26,544 nucleotides of DNA from Pseudogymnoascus verrucosus (Eukaryota). The notes under the pieces are model-generated. The model was not told the DNA's origin. It did not search any database and was given only the letters and a program-made list of their open reading frames with translations. The stretch lies in NCBI GenBank assembly GCA_001662655.1, contig KV460272.1; one strand, 5' to 3'. The stretch's first letter is position 1, and every line of letters starts with the position of its first letter. The position numbers and the translations under genes were made by a program. Positions 1-11,059 of this stretch are shown in pieces.

Positions 1-1211
1 GGAGGTAACGTGTATGTTATTGCTTCGAAGTATAACCTGTGATAAGTCTGCCTGTTGCTGCCGTGGAAGAAACGAGAAATACCCAGGAAGAATCGAAGTC
101 CCCTCCCCCCCCTTCAACTCAACAAAATGTTGGATAATCCGGTCTCTACATGCTTAACGATACCAAACCACCTTATGAATCTTCGCTCCCTTCCTTTCCA
201 AGAAGCCCTTGAGCAAAACATGCTAACTCAACTCACCAGCAATAGCACTTTAGAGCCTTTCCCATATTTCCCCCTACTATCCCCATCACCTACCCAATCA
301 ACATAGCCTTCCCATATGTAAATCTCTATTCAAATCAGATTAGGTTGTATAACCAGTATAGTATTCTCATACTCATGTAGCACCACCCCAACCCACCTCA
401 ACCCACATAAAAACATTTCTCACTTCAGAACCCTACGCACAACACCCCCACTCGATCAGGGCAATTGACATTCCCCTACACCCACAGCCTCACTGCCCCA
501 TCGTCCTCCAAACCCCTTTCCGCAGCTCTTCCCACCCCACAAGTCTCTCCCCTCATCTATCCGAGGCGAGACACATCCATACATATCACCACATACCAAA
601 ACTTCACACTACACATTCCACACCCCCAACACTCCCAAACCAACACATCCTCAACCCCCAAAAGTTTACACAAAAAAGAGAATATATCTTTCATTTCACA
701 TCATAATAGTCCCCTCATAATCTGCAATCTCTCATACAGAAACTATCAACATGGACTCAAATAATCCATTCTCCTCTCATCCCTCTCACTTCCTCACAAC
801 CCCGCTACTCTAGCGGAAGCCGTCCACCGTCTATTATTATCGCGCCCATCTATAAGTTGCATCGCTCATGTATATCCACCACCACCATGCGATTTCCCCA
901 TCCATCCTCCATCGTATGAGCAAATCTCAAGAAAAGAAAAGGGAGAGAGGAGGGCCTTCAAAAAACCGCCTACCCTCCCTTCGCCACGAGCTCGAGGACT
1001 CAGCCCCCATCCGCTCGGCCAATAAAAAAATGCAGTGTTATGGATCCGAAATATGACAAAAATGAAAAATATGTATGCGCCCAACCAGATGGTACTGTAG
1101 TTTCTTCATCATCCAAAAAAAAAATCCAAGCAAGTAGTCAAAACAATAAAAAAAACACGCTAAAGGAGACAAATTCGTAACAGAGCAGTCAGATCGATGC
1201 GTCGACCGGCT

Positions 1212-3117
1212 TTAGATGCTCATATCCCCCGTCTCAGCATTATGCTTCTGGCACGCGACCATAATCTCAACCTGCTTGGCAATATCGCCCAGCCTGCTGA
1301 GGACGACCTTATTCCCATCCACGAACCCGAAGATGGTATACTCAATCCCGACATCCTTGCAGAACTCGCGAACCAGCGCCTGCACCCTGCGCAGGTTGTG
1401 GCGGGGCACGCGCGGGAACAGGTGGTGCACGGCCTGGAACTGGAGGCCACCGTGGATGAAGTCCAACCACGCGGGGCAGTCGACATCCATGGTGGTGCGC
1501 AGCTGCTTCTGGGCGAAGGACTCGGTGGCGCCGAGGTCGGCGGTCGACATGCCCCAGTGGGAGAGCGTGATCTGCACGTGAAGAGGCATGGTGATAATGT
1601 GCGACACGAGGACGAAGGCGACGCGGATGGTCCAGGTGGGGAGCGTGAGCCAGAGCAGGCGGTAGCCGAAGAGGTACCAGTAGCAGGCCATGAAGAGCAT
1701 CTCGGTGGGGCGGGTCCAGGCTGCCGTGCCCTTGTTGGAGGAGCGCGGGGAGATCAGGTGCAGCCAGGAGAGGAGGTAGAGGTTGAAGCGCGCGATGCCC
1801 ATGACGGGGTAGTAGGTGTACTTCTGGAACTTGATGGCGATCTCGCACGCGCGGTCCCAGGCGAAGTCGAAGTTGTAGTAGGTGGAGCGGAGGGACTGGA
1901 AGAACATGGGGGAGTTGGCGAAGAGGGGGACGTTCTGAATATCAGGGTCGTGGGCCTGAGACATGTGGTTAGCGGGGGTCTTATCTATGGTTCAATAAAT
2001 GCTTACTGGGTGGTTGGGAACCAAGTGGTGAACATTGTGGCTGCTCTTCCACCATCCAATGGATAACCCACAGCAGAAATCCGCAATAAAGATTCCAATG
2101 AGAGTATCAGCGATGTAGTTGTGGGTGATAGCCAAATGTCCAGCGTCATGCGCCGTGAACATGATCTGGTGCCAAAACAGACCCAGAAGCATGGCGGATG
2201 TCATATACCACTCGTACTTCAACGCCGTCATGGAGAGGGCGAAGATGGAGACGTAGCGGATACACTCCTTTCCATATTCCCAGAAGCGACACTCGTAATG
2301 GCCGTCCTCCTTAACCTTATCGTGTAGCTGGCGGTACCTGTTGATGATAGTCCTCTGGGTCGCCGGGTCCACAGATGGGAATCTGCTAATGTCCGAGTCG
2401 ATCTCCAGCTGCTCAGCGAGGTCCATGAACTCAACCTGCGTGCAGCTTCTCGGGAACTTGTCCAACGTGCCAGTAACCAGCTGGTTCACGTCCAATTTAT
2501 CCTGAATGTTGCTGAGCGGTGGCTTTGCGTCCGGGCAAGGAGGCGGTGCGCCCTTCTTGTTGCAGGTCCCATCGGTTCCAGGGAGAGCTGACGTCTTCGA
2601 GGGGCAGAGTATGGGTGTGATCGTCTTTGCGCATTTTCGCATATTCGCTTCCCCTTCGTATGGGCGGAAGATACCACCCGAAATCGGGGGCTCAAAGTTG
2701 ACCCATGGCCCGTCTATGTATCCAATTCGAAAGCTATCCATCCTCGGCAGGGTTTCCGCAGAGTGGTAGCTAAAGATCGACACGATATGTTTAGTTTTTG
2801 TTCTCTCGTTTGGAAGGGGGGGCAAGGGCAGATGAGTTGGAACAACTCAATGGCTAGGTGCTTGATGCGGCAAGGACCATGAGAGGAGCTTGATAGTTCG
2901 AAGAGAGAAAGAGTGAGTGAGAGTCCGCCTTAATTTACATTTTGATCTCGTCCGTGGCATCTCTGCCCACCATGTGCTGAATCGGCAGCTTGCCTCCAGG
3001 ATGCCTCTCGAGCCATTTGTCCAGGCGCAGGACCTTGTTGTCGAAGATGACGATGGATTGATTGTTCGCAATGAGGCCTTCGATCTGGCGGCGAGAGAGA
3101 ACGCGGGAGCGGCTCAT
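1212..3117 (-). CDS. SLD1: Cytochrome b5-fused delta-8 sphingolipid desaturase; exons 3117-2939, 2769-2007, 1955-1212 (561 aa)
   Basis: N-terminal cyt b5 HPGG motif, then His boxes HDAGH, HNVHH and QAVHH. Introns 2938-2770 (GTAAAT...TTTAG) and 2006-1956 (GTAAGC...GCTAAC...CTCAG) join the three ORF-track pieces in frame (DEIKI-YHSAE, PNHP-AHDPD). Confidence 0.92.
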
Positions 3118-5106
3118 CTTGGTGGCGGTTTGGGGGGGGGGAAGGAGCAAACGCACGAAGCGAGTGAAAGAAGGAGGAGCGCCCCGGGGGATTGGGCAAG
3201 AGTTGAAAGACGAGAGCAAGAGCAGCAAACGTAGGATGCAACTGTAGACAAGAAGGTGAAAGGTATAGTCCGTTTGAGTGAGTGTTGAGAAGAAGGGAAG
3301 GTGGAATGAATGTGTAACACTTGGGGGGGGAGGAGGTAAGGTAAAAAGTAAAAAGAGGGTGTGAGGTAGGAGGTAGTAGATCACAAGGTAGCAGAGGAGG
3401 AAGAGGAGAAGAACAGGGGAATCGCAATATGAGAACTAGATGGAGCAGCACACCACCGTAGTCGTAACAGACCAGTAAGTACTTACAGTACCTTGGGACA
3501 AAAGGCACAAGGGAAGGGACAACATGGCCATGGCTAGCACGTCAAAAGAAAAGTCAAAATTAGGCGGGAGAGGAGAGAGGAGAGAGAGGAGAAAGAGGAG
3601 AAAGGAGGAGGAAATGGAGGCAGAAGAGAGGGGCGAGGGGCAATCAACGAACCCATCGTCGGCCAACCCGCATCGTGGAGGAGGTAGGAGGACGACGACG
3701 AGTAGGGTAGGTTGGGGTAGTTGGAGTAGTAAAGGTACATGAGTTTGGGTGGAAGGATAGATAGAGTGGACAAGTAGTTCTGCTAAACTAGTGACATGTT
3801 AGTTTAGTAGGGGACTGCCAATGGGCGCTAAGGGACGCTAGGTAGGAAGTTAGTGGCCGCGAGAGATTGACTGGATCTACGAGGCGACGAAACGACTGGT
3901 TGATGAGAGGGAGGGTGTGGGACGGTACATGAGATTGTATGTGGTGAACAGTATAAAGAGTATGTACCATCCCACATAACTAGTAGTTATACGTACACGA
4001 CAGTGGACAGTTTTTAGTTACAGGGACAGGCGTGGGATGGGAAGATGGGAGGGGAAGAACTAACGTAGAGTACGTACAGGGTGGCAGGGGAAAATACATG
4101 GGGGATGGGGAGGGGATGGCCTGCGACGGTATGAGATAGGATTGGCTGGTACCTGACGAGCCACGTTCTGGCTTTTCTAGTTTCAACCAAGATTAGCATA
4201 GGGGGCATGGGGGCAACAAGATCTGGGAGATGTGAAGTGCAAAACTTGCCCATAAGGACACTATTCTACACCCACTCTACAGCGTCCCTACACAGGCAAC
4301 AACACACCAACAACGGTGATCAGAGACACATGAAGTCGCAGACAAGCACTATAACAACACTATAGCCAAAAAATATATGGGAACATGGAACACAGTGACG
4401 CGTTAAAAGAGGCGCATATCAAACCCATCGACCTACTATGATGTTATGGGTGGCGACAACCCCACCACGTATGTCTGGGGATCTGGTAGGATCAGTAGAA
4501 ATCAGTGGGATATTTATGGGAATATGTGGGATGGGGATGGATTGATTGCGATGGTGTCGGTCCAGCTGTGGTCCGCGTCTTGGGAACGGTCCTGCCATGG
4601 ATGGTATGGTCCTTCCTTCCTAACTCCTGTTGATTGCGGGGTAGCATTTCAGCCAGTTACGAGGAGTCTGGAAGTTTGAAGAAGTCAGGGAGGAGGAGGA
4701 CGGATTCCGCGGTGTGCTGTAGGCTATAGGGGTGCGTGCTGCAGCCTATACGGGGTATTCCAGCGCACAGTGCGCGCGGGAAAAGAAGTATCCGATTATA
4801 ACCACCAACCCATATAAACCCATATCCTCAATTCCGCTCCACCTGGCTGGCTTCTGACTTCCCTGTTTTGGCCATTTTGTTGAGTTTTGTGTCCTCAGGC
4901 TCTCTTTCCAGGCGGCTGTGCAAAACTGTGTTGCGCACCACATCCACGCACATCCACACCAAGTTCGAGTCAAGCCGAGACAAATGTACGTCTCGACCTT
5001 GTCGACACGGGAATAATAAAGTGGGCAGGGGAGCAAGCAAGAAAGCAAGTGTACGGGAGCAAGTCGTACGGTGGATATTCGCAAATACCGTGCAGTAAGT
5101 ACAGGT

Positions 5107-5134
5107 TATTGGCGTATATTGGCGTATATTGGCG
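5107..5134. repeat. Short tandem repeat (TATTGGCGTA) x ~2.8; each unit has CCAAT on the minus strand
   Basis: tattggcgta-tattggcgta-tattggcg read directly; a further tattggc at ~5160. Confidence 0.8.
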
Positions 5135-5479
5135 CCTGCACACTCTACGAAGCGTATTGTATTGGCAGCAGTACGGCAGCCGTATCCTCCTACTCCATCA
5201 GGAAGCTGCGCGAGTTTCACCTGCCACCGTTCCTTGGCACCGAGTAGGCAATGGTGGACAGATGATCGTGGAGCGCGTACGTTACGACGCCCTTGCTCCA
5301 TCAACGGCTCCATGCCCTGCTCCATCTTGATCCATACGCGGAAGGCGCATACGGATGCGATCTGCGGCCAAGGAGGTTCCGTAGGGGCGGGCGGGAAATA
5401 TTGATCGTTTAGATGGAGTGGAAGGATGGATGGAGGGATCTGTGTGTGTGTGTGGTGTGTGTGGTACGGCTGAAGTGTG

Positions 5480-6510
5480 TGGTAGAGTTATTATTATGTA
5501 CGTTATTGTACCAGATTGAAACGAAAAGCGACCCTTGAGCGTCATTATTATCATCCACAATACGCGCAAGGGGCGATGTGCGATGTGCGTGCGATGAGCG
5601 ATACGACGGATACGCAGAGACTGATCGCACCCGTCCCCGTCTCCGTCCCCGTCCTCGACCCCGTGCTATACGCGGGAACGAGAAGAAAGGCGAATACGCT
5701 CAAAACGAAAGAAGCATACGTACGCTCCACAAACCCTCCCCAACACACCTCGGTATCTCTCCGTATGGACACCACACCACCACGCACGGCGAGCGGGAAA
5801 AATAACGCCGACAAAAATTGACTCTCCCCCCCTACTCCTGGCCCCCCTCCCTGGCCTGTCAAAATGCAGGTTAATCTCAGTCCATCCCCAAACGCACAAG
5901 GGGTGGATGTATGTGCGAAGCTACTAATCAACCACTAACCCTACTAGCAGTACTAGCACACTACTAACCCTGCTAACAACTACGAACCCTACCAACACAC
6001 CTCCTAAACTCCACGTACACCCTTGCCAGACCCGCCGTAAGTAGCTCCTAACACGGCTGAGGTGTGGGCGCAGTCGCGTCTAGTGGCTGGGTACGGCGAC
6101 TTCCAGAAATCCAAGAATACCTTTGCGCTTCCTTCCCTTCTCCTGTCTGTGTGTGTTGGTGTGTGTTGGTGTGTGCGTGGTGCTGTGCCGCTCCTGTGGA
6201 CGAAGGGGAAAAAGGGAAAGGGAAACAACGATGGATGCATGCGGGCCGACATGGAACCAGGGACGCGATACGACGCAAATGCGACTCCGTATCGTGGGAA
6301 AAGAATGTTCCTTCGGCTGAATGTCACCCACCGTACATATGTCACCGTATTGTCACTACACCCTCTTTTTTTTTGTCTGTCTTGGAGAGAGAGGGGCGTA
6401 CGGACACGGAGAAGCCTCCGTGGGGGAGGTGCGAATGGTTGGAGAGATGTTGGTTTTCACATACTTTGCGGAAGGAGAGACAGGATGTTGGTGATTGGAT
6501 CATCTAATGT
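5480..6510 (-). ncRNA. Candidate spliced, structured non-coding transcript (or microprotein/snoRNA host); ends approximate
   Basis: Minus-strand donors GTATGT (6464) and GTACGT (6018); pyrimidine tract + CAG at 6194; ATTAAC...TTTTGACAG at 5856; AT-rich 3'-end-like signals near 5485-5510; several nested stems; no recognisable ORF. Confidence 0.4.
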
Positions 6511-6567
6511 GCTCAACTCAATGACATTCAGATACATATGGTTAATTACATGACTGCTGAGATGTCT

Positions 6568-6689
6568 TACGCGGCAGCCCTATAATTAGGGTGGCCGCGT
6601 ATATAATTAGGGTCGTCGAGAAAATAACCACGTGACTTGGAATATTAACATTGTGTATCACGTGATTGTTTTATACATAGTCACATGAC
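6568..6689. promoter_or_regulatory. Motif-dense block: 2x TATAATTAGGGT, inverted repeat TACGCGGC/GCCGCGTA, E-boxes CACGTG x2 and GTCACATGAC
   Basis: TATAATTAGGGT at 6581-6592 and 6602-6613; inverted repeat 6568-6575/6594-6601; CACGTG 6629-6634; ATCACGTGAT 6657-6666; GTCACATGAC 6680-6689. Function inferred; could instead be a transposon end remnant. Confidence 0.5.
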
Positions 6690-6885
6690 CTTAACACCAC
6701 TTCACCATAATTTCAGACAGCTACATACAGAAGCAGAACAATACACAGATTACTCAATAAATGACCTTTTTTAGCTTTAGAACACAAGCAACCAGCTCAA
6801 ACTGTAAGTCTATCATTACAGTCTGGTACATTCATAGGGTATAGTGGCGGAGAATCAGTCCCTCAATCACTCCTCTCCTCCCCTC

Positions 6886-7691
6886 TCAAGCCTCCACAAC
6901 CGTCCCACCATTCCCAGACTCATCCAACAACTGCCCTCCCAACCCCCTCACCTCCCTCTCCATCCCCTCACCATCCCCCGACCTCTTCGCCGTCTCAAAA
7001 TCAATGAGCACTGCACCCTTTTCCGAAATCAAGAAATTATGCTTATTCAAATCCCCATGCACAACTCCCAACCCATGCAACCGCTTCACAATACCCTCAC
7101 AAGCAGGAAGATCCGAGATAGTAGCATGCCGACCTTCAACAAATTCAATGAGGAACCCTATAACCCGCCCTTCTTCAGTCAAGTATCCCAAGAACTCTGG
7201 CCCGATACCGTGGCCTTCTATCTATGAATACGCCTGTGTCTCGGCGATGTAGTAGCCGATTTCCCACTCGAAACGCGCGAATTTGGCGATGACGGGGTTC
7301 TTGAATTCTGGGGAAGATGCTATGTAGACGTTTGCTCTGAGACGCTTCCCGATGTCAAGGGAGAGGTAGGAGTAGGACTGTGGGTGCCAGGGGGGGGTGA
7401 TGGAAGGGGGGGTTTCTTGGGTGGTCTCGGCGAAAATGGGTGGGCTTCCTAACGTTTTCTAGGAGATGCGACCACAGTTCCAGATGCCATTAGGGAAGGG
7501 AGGTAGAAGTTCTAGCAGGATTGGGGGGAAACAGAGGTCGTCGACTTCGTAGATCCCGGGGTCGATGGTGATGTATTTGAAGGACGTTTTGTCGCCAACA
7601 TTCTGTAATAACTGGGTGTCTTGCCATCGGAATCTATATCCTGGTTCAAGATCTCGACTTTGGTAAGATCCATGGCTTTGGCGGTGTTCAT
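6886..7691 (-). pseudogene. Disrupted fungal protein-kinase-like (APH/Kdo-like fold) gene
   Basis: Rebuilt reading ...FKYITIDPGIY...VIAKFARFEWEI...GPEFLGYLTEEGRVIGFL...HGDLNKHNFLI...LIDFETA (catalytic loop and DFE). Needs one frameshift at ~7595 and passes in-frame TAG stops at 7461-7459 and 7224-7222. Confidence 0.8.
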
Positions 7692-7777
7692 ATTGAGGTT
7701 TGTGGTATATTGACGCAATATGTTGCAGAACGCGAGTATTGCATTGGAAAATAATAATAAGTTAGGCAGCATTCCAG

Positions 7778-8738
7778 TTAGGCTTCCAACGTAGCCAATG
7801 CCGCTCCAACCAATCCCTCCAGTTCATCATCAGTCTTCAACGGAATCCCAAGCATTTCATTATCCACCTCCTCGAACTCCCCTCCATACCCCTCCCCAAA
7901 AACCGCACGCATCAAGAACCCCATCGATGCCCCCAAATCCACCACACCCTTCGCATAATTCCCCTGCGCAACAGCCTCCATGTCCGCAGTACTCACATCC
8001 ACCGGCGTCCACGTCCGCCCCGGCGCCAACTTCTCCGCCATACCAAGGATCTCCCTCTGCGTCGTGACGAGGTCATGAATAAACACTGCACGGTTTTTCG
8101 TCTCATCGAGGTGCAGCAGCACACCCACCACCGCGCGCCCAATGGTATTCAAAGTTGTCGTACTAAACCGCCTATCCCCGCCATCATAAAACGGCGTAGT
8201 CGTCCCCTTAAAATCGACAAAAACCCCCTTCATCAAACACCAATCCAAGAACGGCCCATTCCGGATCAACGTATACGTGAATCCCGGATTCTCGCTCGCC
8301 AACCGCTTTAGGAGCTCATGCACCGCGATCTTCGACTGGTAGACGGGCAATGTGGCGCTCTTGGGATTACCTATGTTCGAGGAGAATTCAGAGGGTATGA
8401 AGCGCTTTACGCCGGCGGCGATGGAGGCTTTGATGAGGAGGTCTTGGGTGTCCATCGCTGAGCTGGTTAGGGCGGAGATCACGGCATCTTGGTTGTGGAG
8501 GGCGGCGGTGAGGGAGGGGATGGAGGTGTAGTCGACGCGGATGACGCGGGTGGAGGGGGGGAATTGAGCCTTGGAGGAGTCGCGCGTGAGGACGGTTATG
8601 TTGAAGACGTTGCTTGAGATGAGGGCGTGGAGGATGGGGGAGCCGAGGTCGCCTGAGGCCTGGGGGGTGTTAGTATGCGTTATGGAGGAGGATGGGGAGA
8701 GTTACTCCGGCGATAGCGATGTTGCGGATTGCGGTCAT
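7778..8738 (-). CDS. NmrA-like / isoflavone reductase-like NAD(P)-binding oxidoreductase; exons 8738-8706, 8659-7778 (304 aa)
   Basis: Spliced N-terminus MTAIRNIAIAG-ASGDLG (Rossmann motif), GVKRFIPSEF, NGPFLDW. 46-nt intron GTAACT...ACTAAC...CAG. Minus-strand TATATAAA at ~8814-8821. Confidence 0.9.
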
Positions 8739-8922
8739 GGTTGAGATGGTTATTTGACGTGTAGGGTTATTTCAAACAGGATGAGGATGAGATTTTAACA
8801 GCCTTCAGCGGCCTTTATATAGGTATATTTTCATCGTCGCACAATCACAATTCCCGCGCAACCCATATCCAAACTCCCCATCTCCGCAACAACCATGGAT
8901 AAATTCTCACATTTCTAAGCCA

Positions 8923-9054
8923 ATGCGGGTGCGGATGCGGACGCGGAGGCTAAACTAAATTAGGCAGCACCCCTACATTTGCATTTCTAATACCCAATTC
9001 AGCGTCAAGATTTATAAGAACCATTCCCCTCCGCACCCGCACCCGCACCCGCAT
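8923..9054. repeat. 27-bp inverted repeat pair built from 6-nt-spaced CGG triplets in the divergent promoter
   Basis: 8923-8949 atgcgggtgcggatgcggacgcggagg matches the reverse complement of 9028-9054 at 24 of 27 positions. Confidence 0.8.
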
Positions 9055-9073
9055 CCCAGTAACAGCAACAATC

Positions 9074-10714
9074 ATGCCCCCCCACGCCACCCAATCCTGC
9101 CTCCGCTGCAGAATCCAGAAGCGGAAATGCGATAAACTCTTCCCCACCTGTTCCCTGTGTCAACGGTACGCCGCTAGTTTTTTTAGGGGGGTGGGGTCTG
9201 TTTAGTGTTTGCTGATAAATTAAGGTTAAATAAACCCTGTTCTCATCCGGCGCATCCGGAGACACCGCGTTTGCTCCCCATGCCGGGGTTGTTGGACTTG
9301 ACGTCATCTAATTTACGGTTTACGCTTGAGGCACAGGTATTCTCGGTTGTGGGGGATGGATTGAGGTTACGGGAGGCAGCGGGGGTGTTTTTTGGGACGG
9401 TGAATACGTGGATGCCGGTCGTGGAGGAGGGGGGGTATTATGCGCGGCTGTCGAGATTCCGAATTGAGCCCGCGCCAGCGGACTTTAGTCTCTTGACTCT
9501 TTGTATATTCCTCGTCTGCGCGATGCCAGTGGGTGGCGAGATGACATTGGAGACACGAGGTTTGTATATTCTAATTAAGGGCTGGGTAGGTATGCTCGAG
9601 GCGATGGGGACGAACACTCTAGCGATGCTACAGAGTCGGTTACTGCTGACGACCTTCGAAATCGGACATGCGATGTACCCAGCAGCGTATATATCGGCTG
9701 GGGCTAATATCCAGGCGGCGGTCGCTCTGGGGGCAAGTGCTGTGTCGTCGGCGGATTTATCCAAAGCTTTTCCGGATCCCCGGATAGCTGAGGAGGCAAG
9801 GCAGACCTGGCGGGGTATTGTTATCACTAATAGGTCGGGACCCATCGCGATACTCATTAGGTAGTGTTGAAACTAAGGATAGCATTTTACAGATATGCAT
9901 CCCTCGAGAGTAACGCCAGACATACTGCATCCCTGGGGCGATTGATAGAAGGGATGTGCGGCAATAATGTAGGTGATATAAGCCATCCATATATCCCAGA
10001 CAAATAACTAACCTAGATATCAGAGCTCTGAAGATTTAACGCAGATGAACCCATTCACCAAGATGACCTACTCATCACTCCTATTAGATCAAGTACTCTC
10101 TCACATCCACGAGCGTACATCGCAACAGGAGTTCAAGAGAGTCGAGGCAATGCAGATCCTACACTCGTTAACCTCGTTTCTAGCATCCTTCGAGGGTGAA
10201 GATAACGCCCTGAAAACTCTTTCGGATAGCTCCCTGGCTATAGGCAGAAGGTAAATCCAAGGAGTATGTACGCATACAGAGAATATGAACTAACTAAAAT
10301 CTAGCGCTATGCTGGAAGTCCTAGAATTTGGATCTAAGGTTGAGCCACAAGACAATGAGTACTGTGTCCAGGCGTCACTTAATATTTTGACGTCCCTGAC
10401 GCATGAGATCGCGCATGGTGCAAGGGGTGTGAAAACTGACTCGGCGGGATTGGCGGCTCTGCCTGTTTTTATTACGCATTGCGTATATAAAGCCGCCATG
10501 ATCTGTCTCCACGATGCAAAGGTTTCGAGAGATAGCAACCTAAAGCTGCGGATACAGCCACTAAAAGATTTACTGGGGTATATTGGCTTAAGGTGGGGTG
10601 CTGGAAGTAAGAAACTCACGTTATAGGATTTGGTGTTGTCCTAGGAAATTGCTAATGATCACAGAGTATTATGTCGAGAAGATTGAACAAGAACAGAACA
10701 AAATTAAGTTATAA
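9074..10714 (+). CDS. Zn(II)2Cys6 transcription factor; exons 9074-9165, 9225-9833, 9893-9968, 10024-10250, 10305-10606, 10665-10714 (451 aa)
   Basis: CLRCRIQKRKCDKLFPTCSLCQR-LNKPC binuclear cluster split by intron 1; fungal TF middle region (FFGTVNTWMPVV; EEARQTWRGIVITNRY). The five introns keep frame, total 1356 nt. Intron 1 acceptor (AAG) and intron 2 donor (GTCGGG) are weak. Confidence 0.85.
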
Positions 10715-10975
10715 ACCAAAGCATATACTCTCATATACTCATACTTTATGCTCGTATCGCCCTATGTCTGTGTCGTCACCCTCTCACTTAAAGCGTCCAT
10801 TCCTTTCCCTCCTCCGGTACCTCTCAATTATACACACAAAGGTACTCTGTCTCCTCGTCCCTATTTCTCTGGGCCGCTACTATTACATTTAGGACCTGTG
10901 TCCCCGCCGCCGCATAAATACATGTAGAATAAAAAGTAGAGTAAATAATAAAATAAATAATAAAATATATCCATA

Positions 10976-11021
10976 ACGTAACGTATGGGGAAGTCGGACA
11001 TATGGGGTAGTCGGACAAAAA
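10976..11021 (+). repeat. Left TIR with internal 17-bp direct repeat TATGGGG(A/T)AGTCGGACA
   Basis: ACGTAACGTATGGGGAAGTCGGACATATGGGGTAGTCGGACAAAAA. Confidence 0.97.
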
Positions 11022-11059
11022 TGCCCCACCACTAACTTAGAACCTTCATATCTTCCACC

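Noticed and set aside
1..1100. Short ORFs in the C/A-rich left end
   Set aside because: Low complexity, no motifs or codon bias; looks intergenic or UTR.
1197..2066. 289-aa plus-strand ORF and other overlapping ORFs
   Set aside because: Antisense or alternate-frame shadows of the GC3-rich desaturase exon.
4746..5404. Overlapping 76-165 aa ORFs, including the MEQG repeat
   Set aside because: No recognisable domain; the repeat comes from a short GCTCCAT iteration.
5935..5971. CTAACCCT twice on the plus strand as a telomerase RNA template or interstitial telomere
   Set aside because: Embedded in a degenerate CTA-rich tract and not tandem. The G.U-supported structure and splice signals are on the opposite strand, and I found no recognisable pseudoknot or CR4/5.
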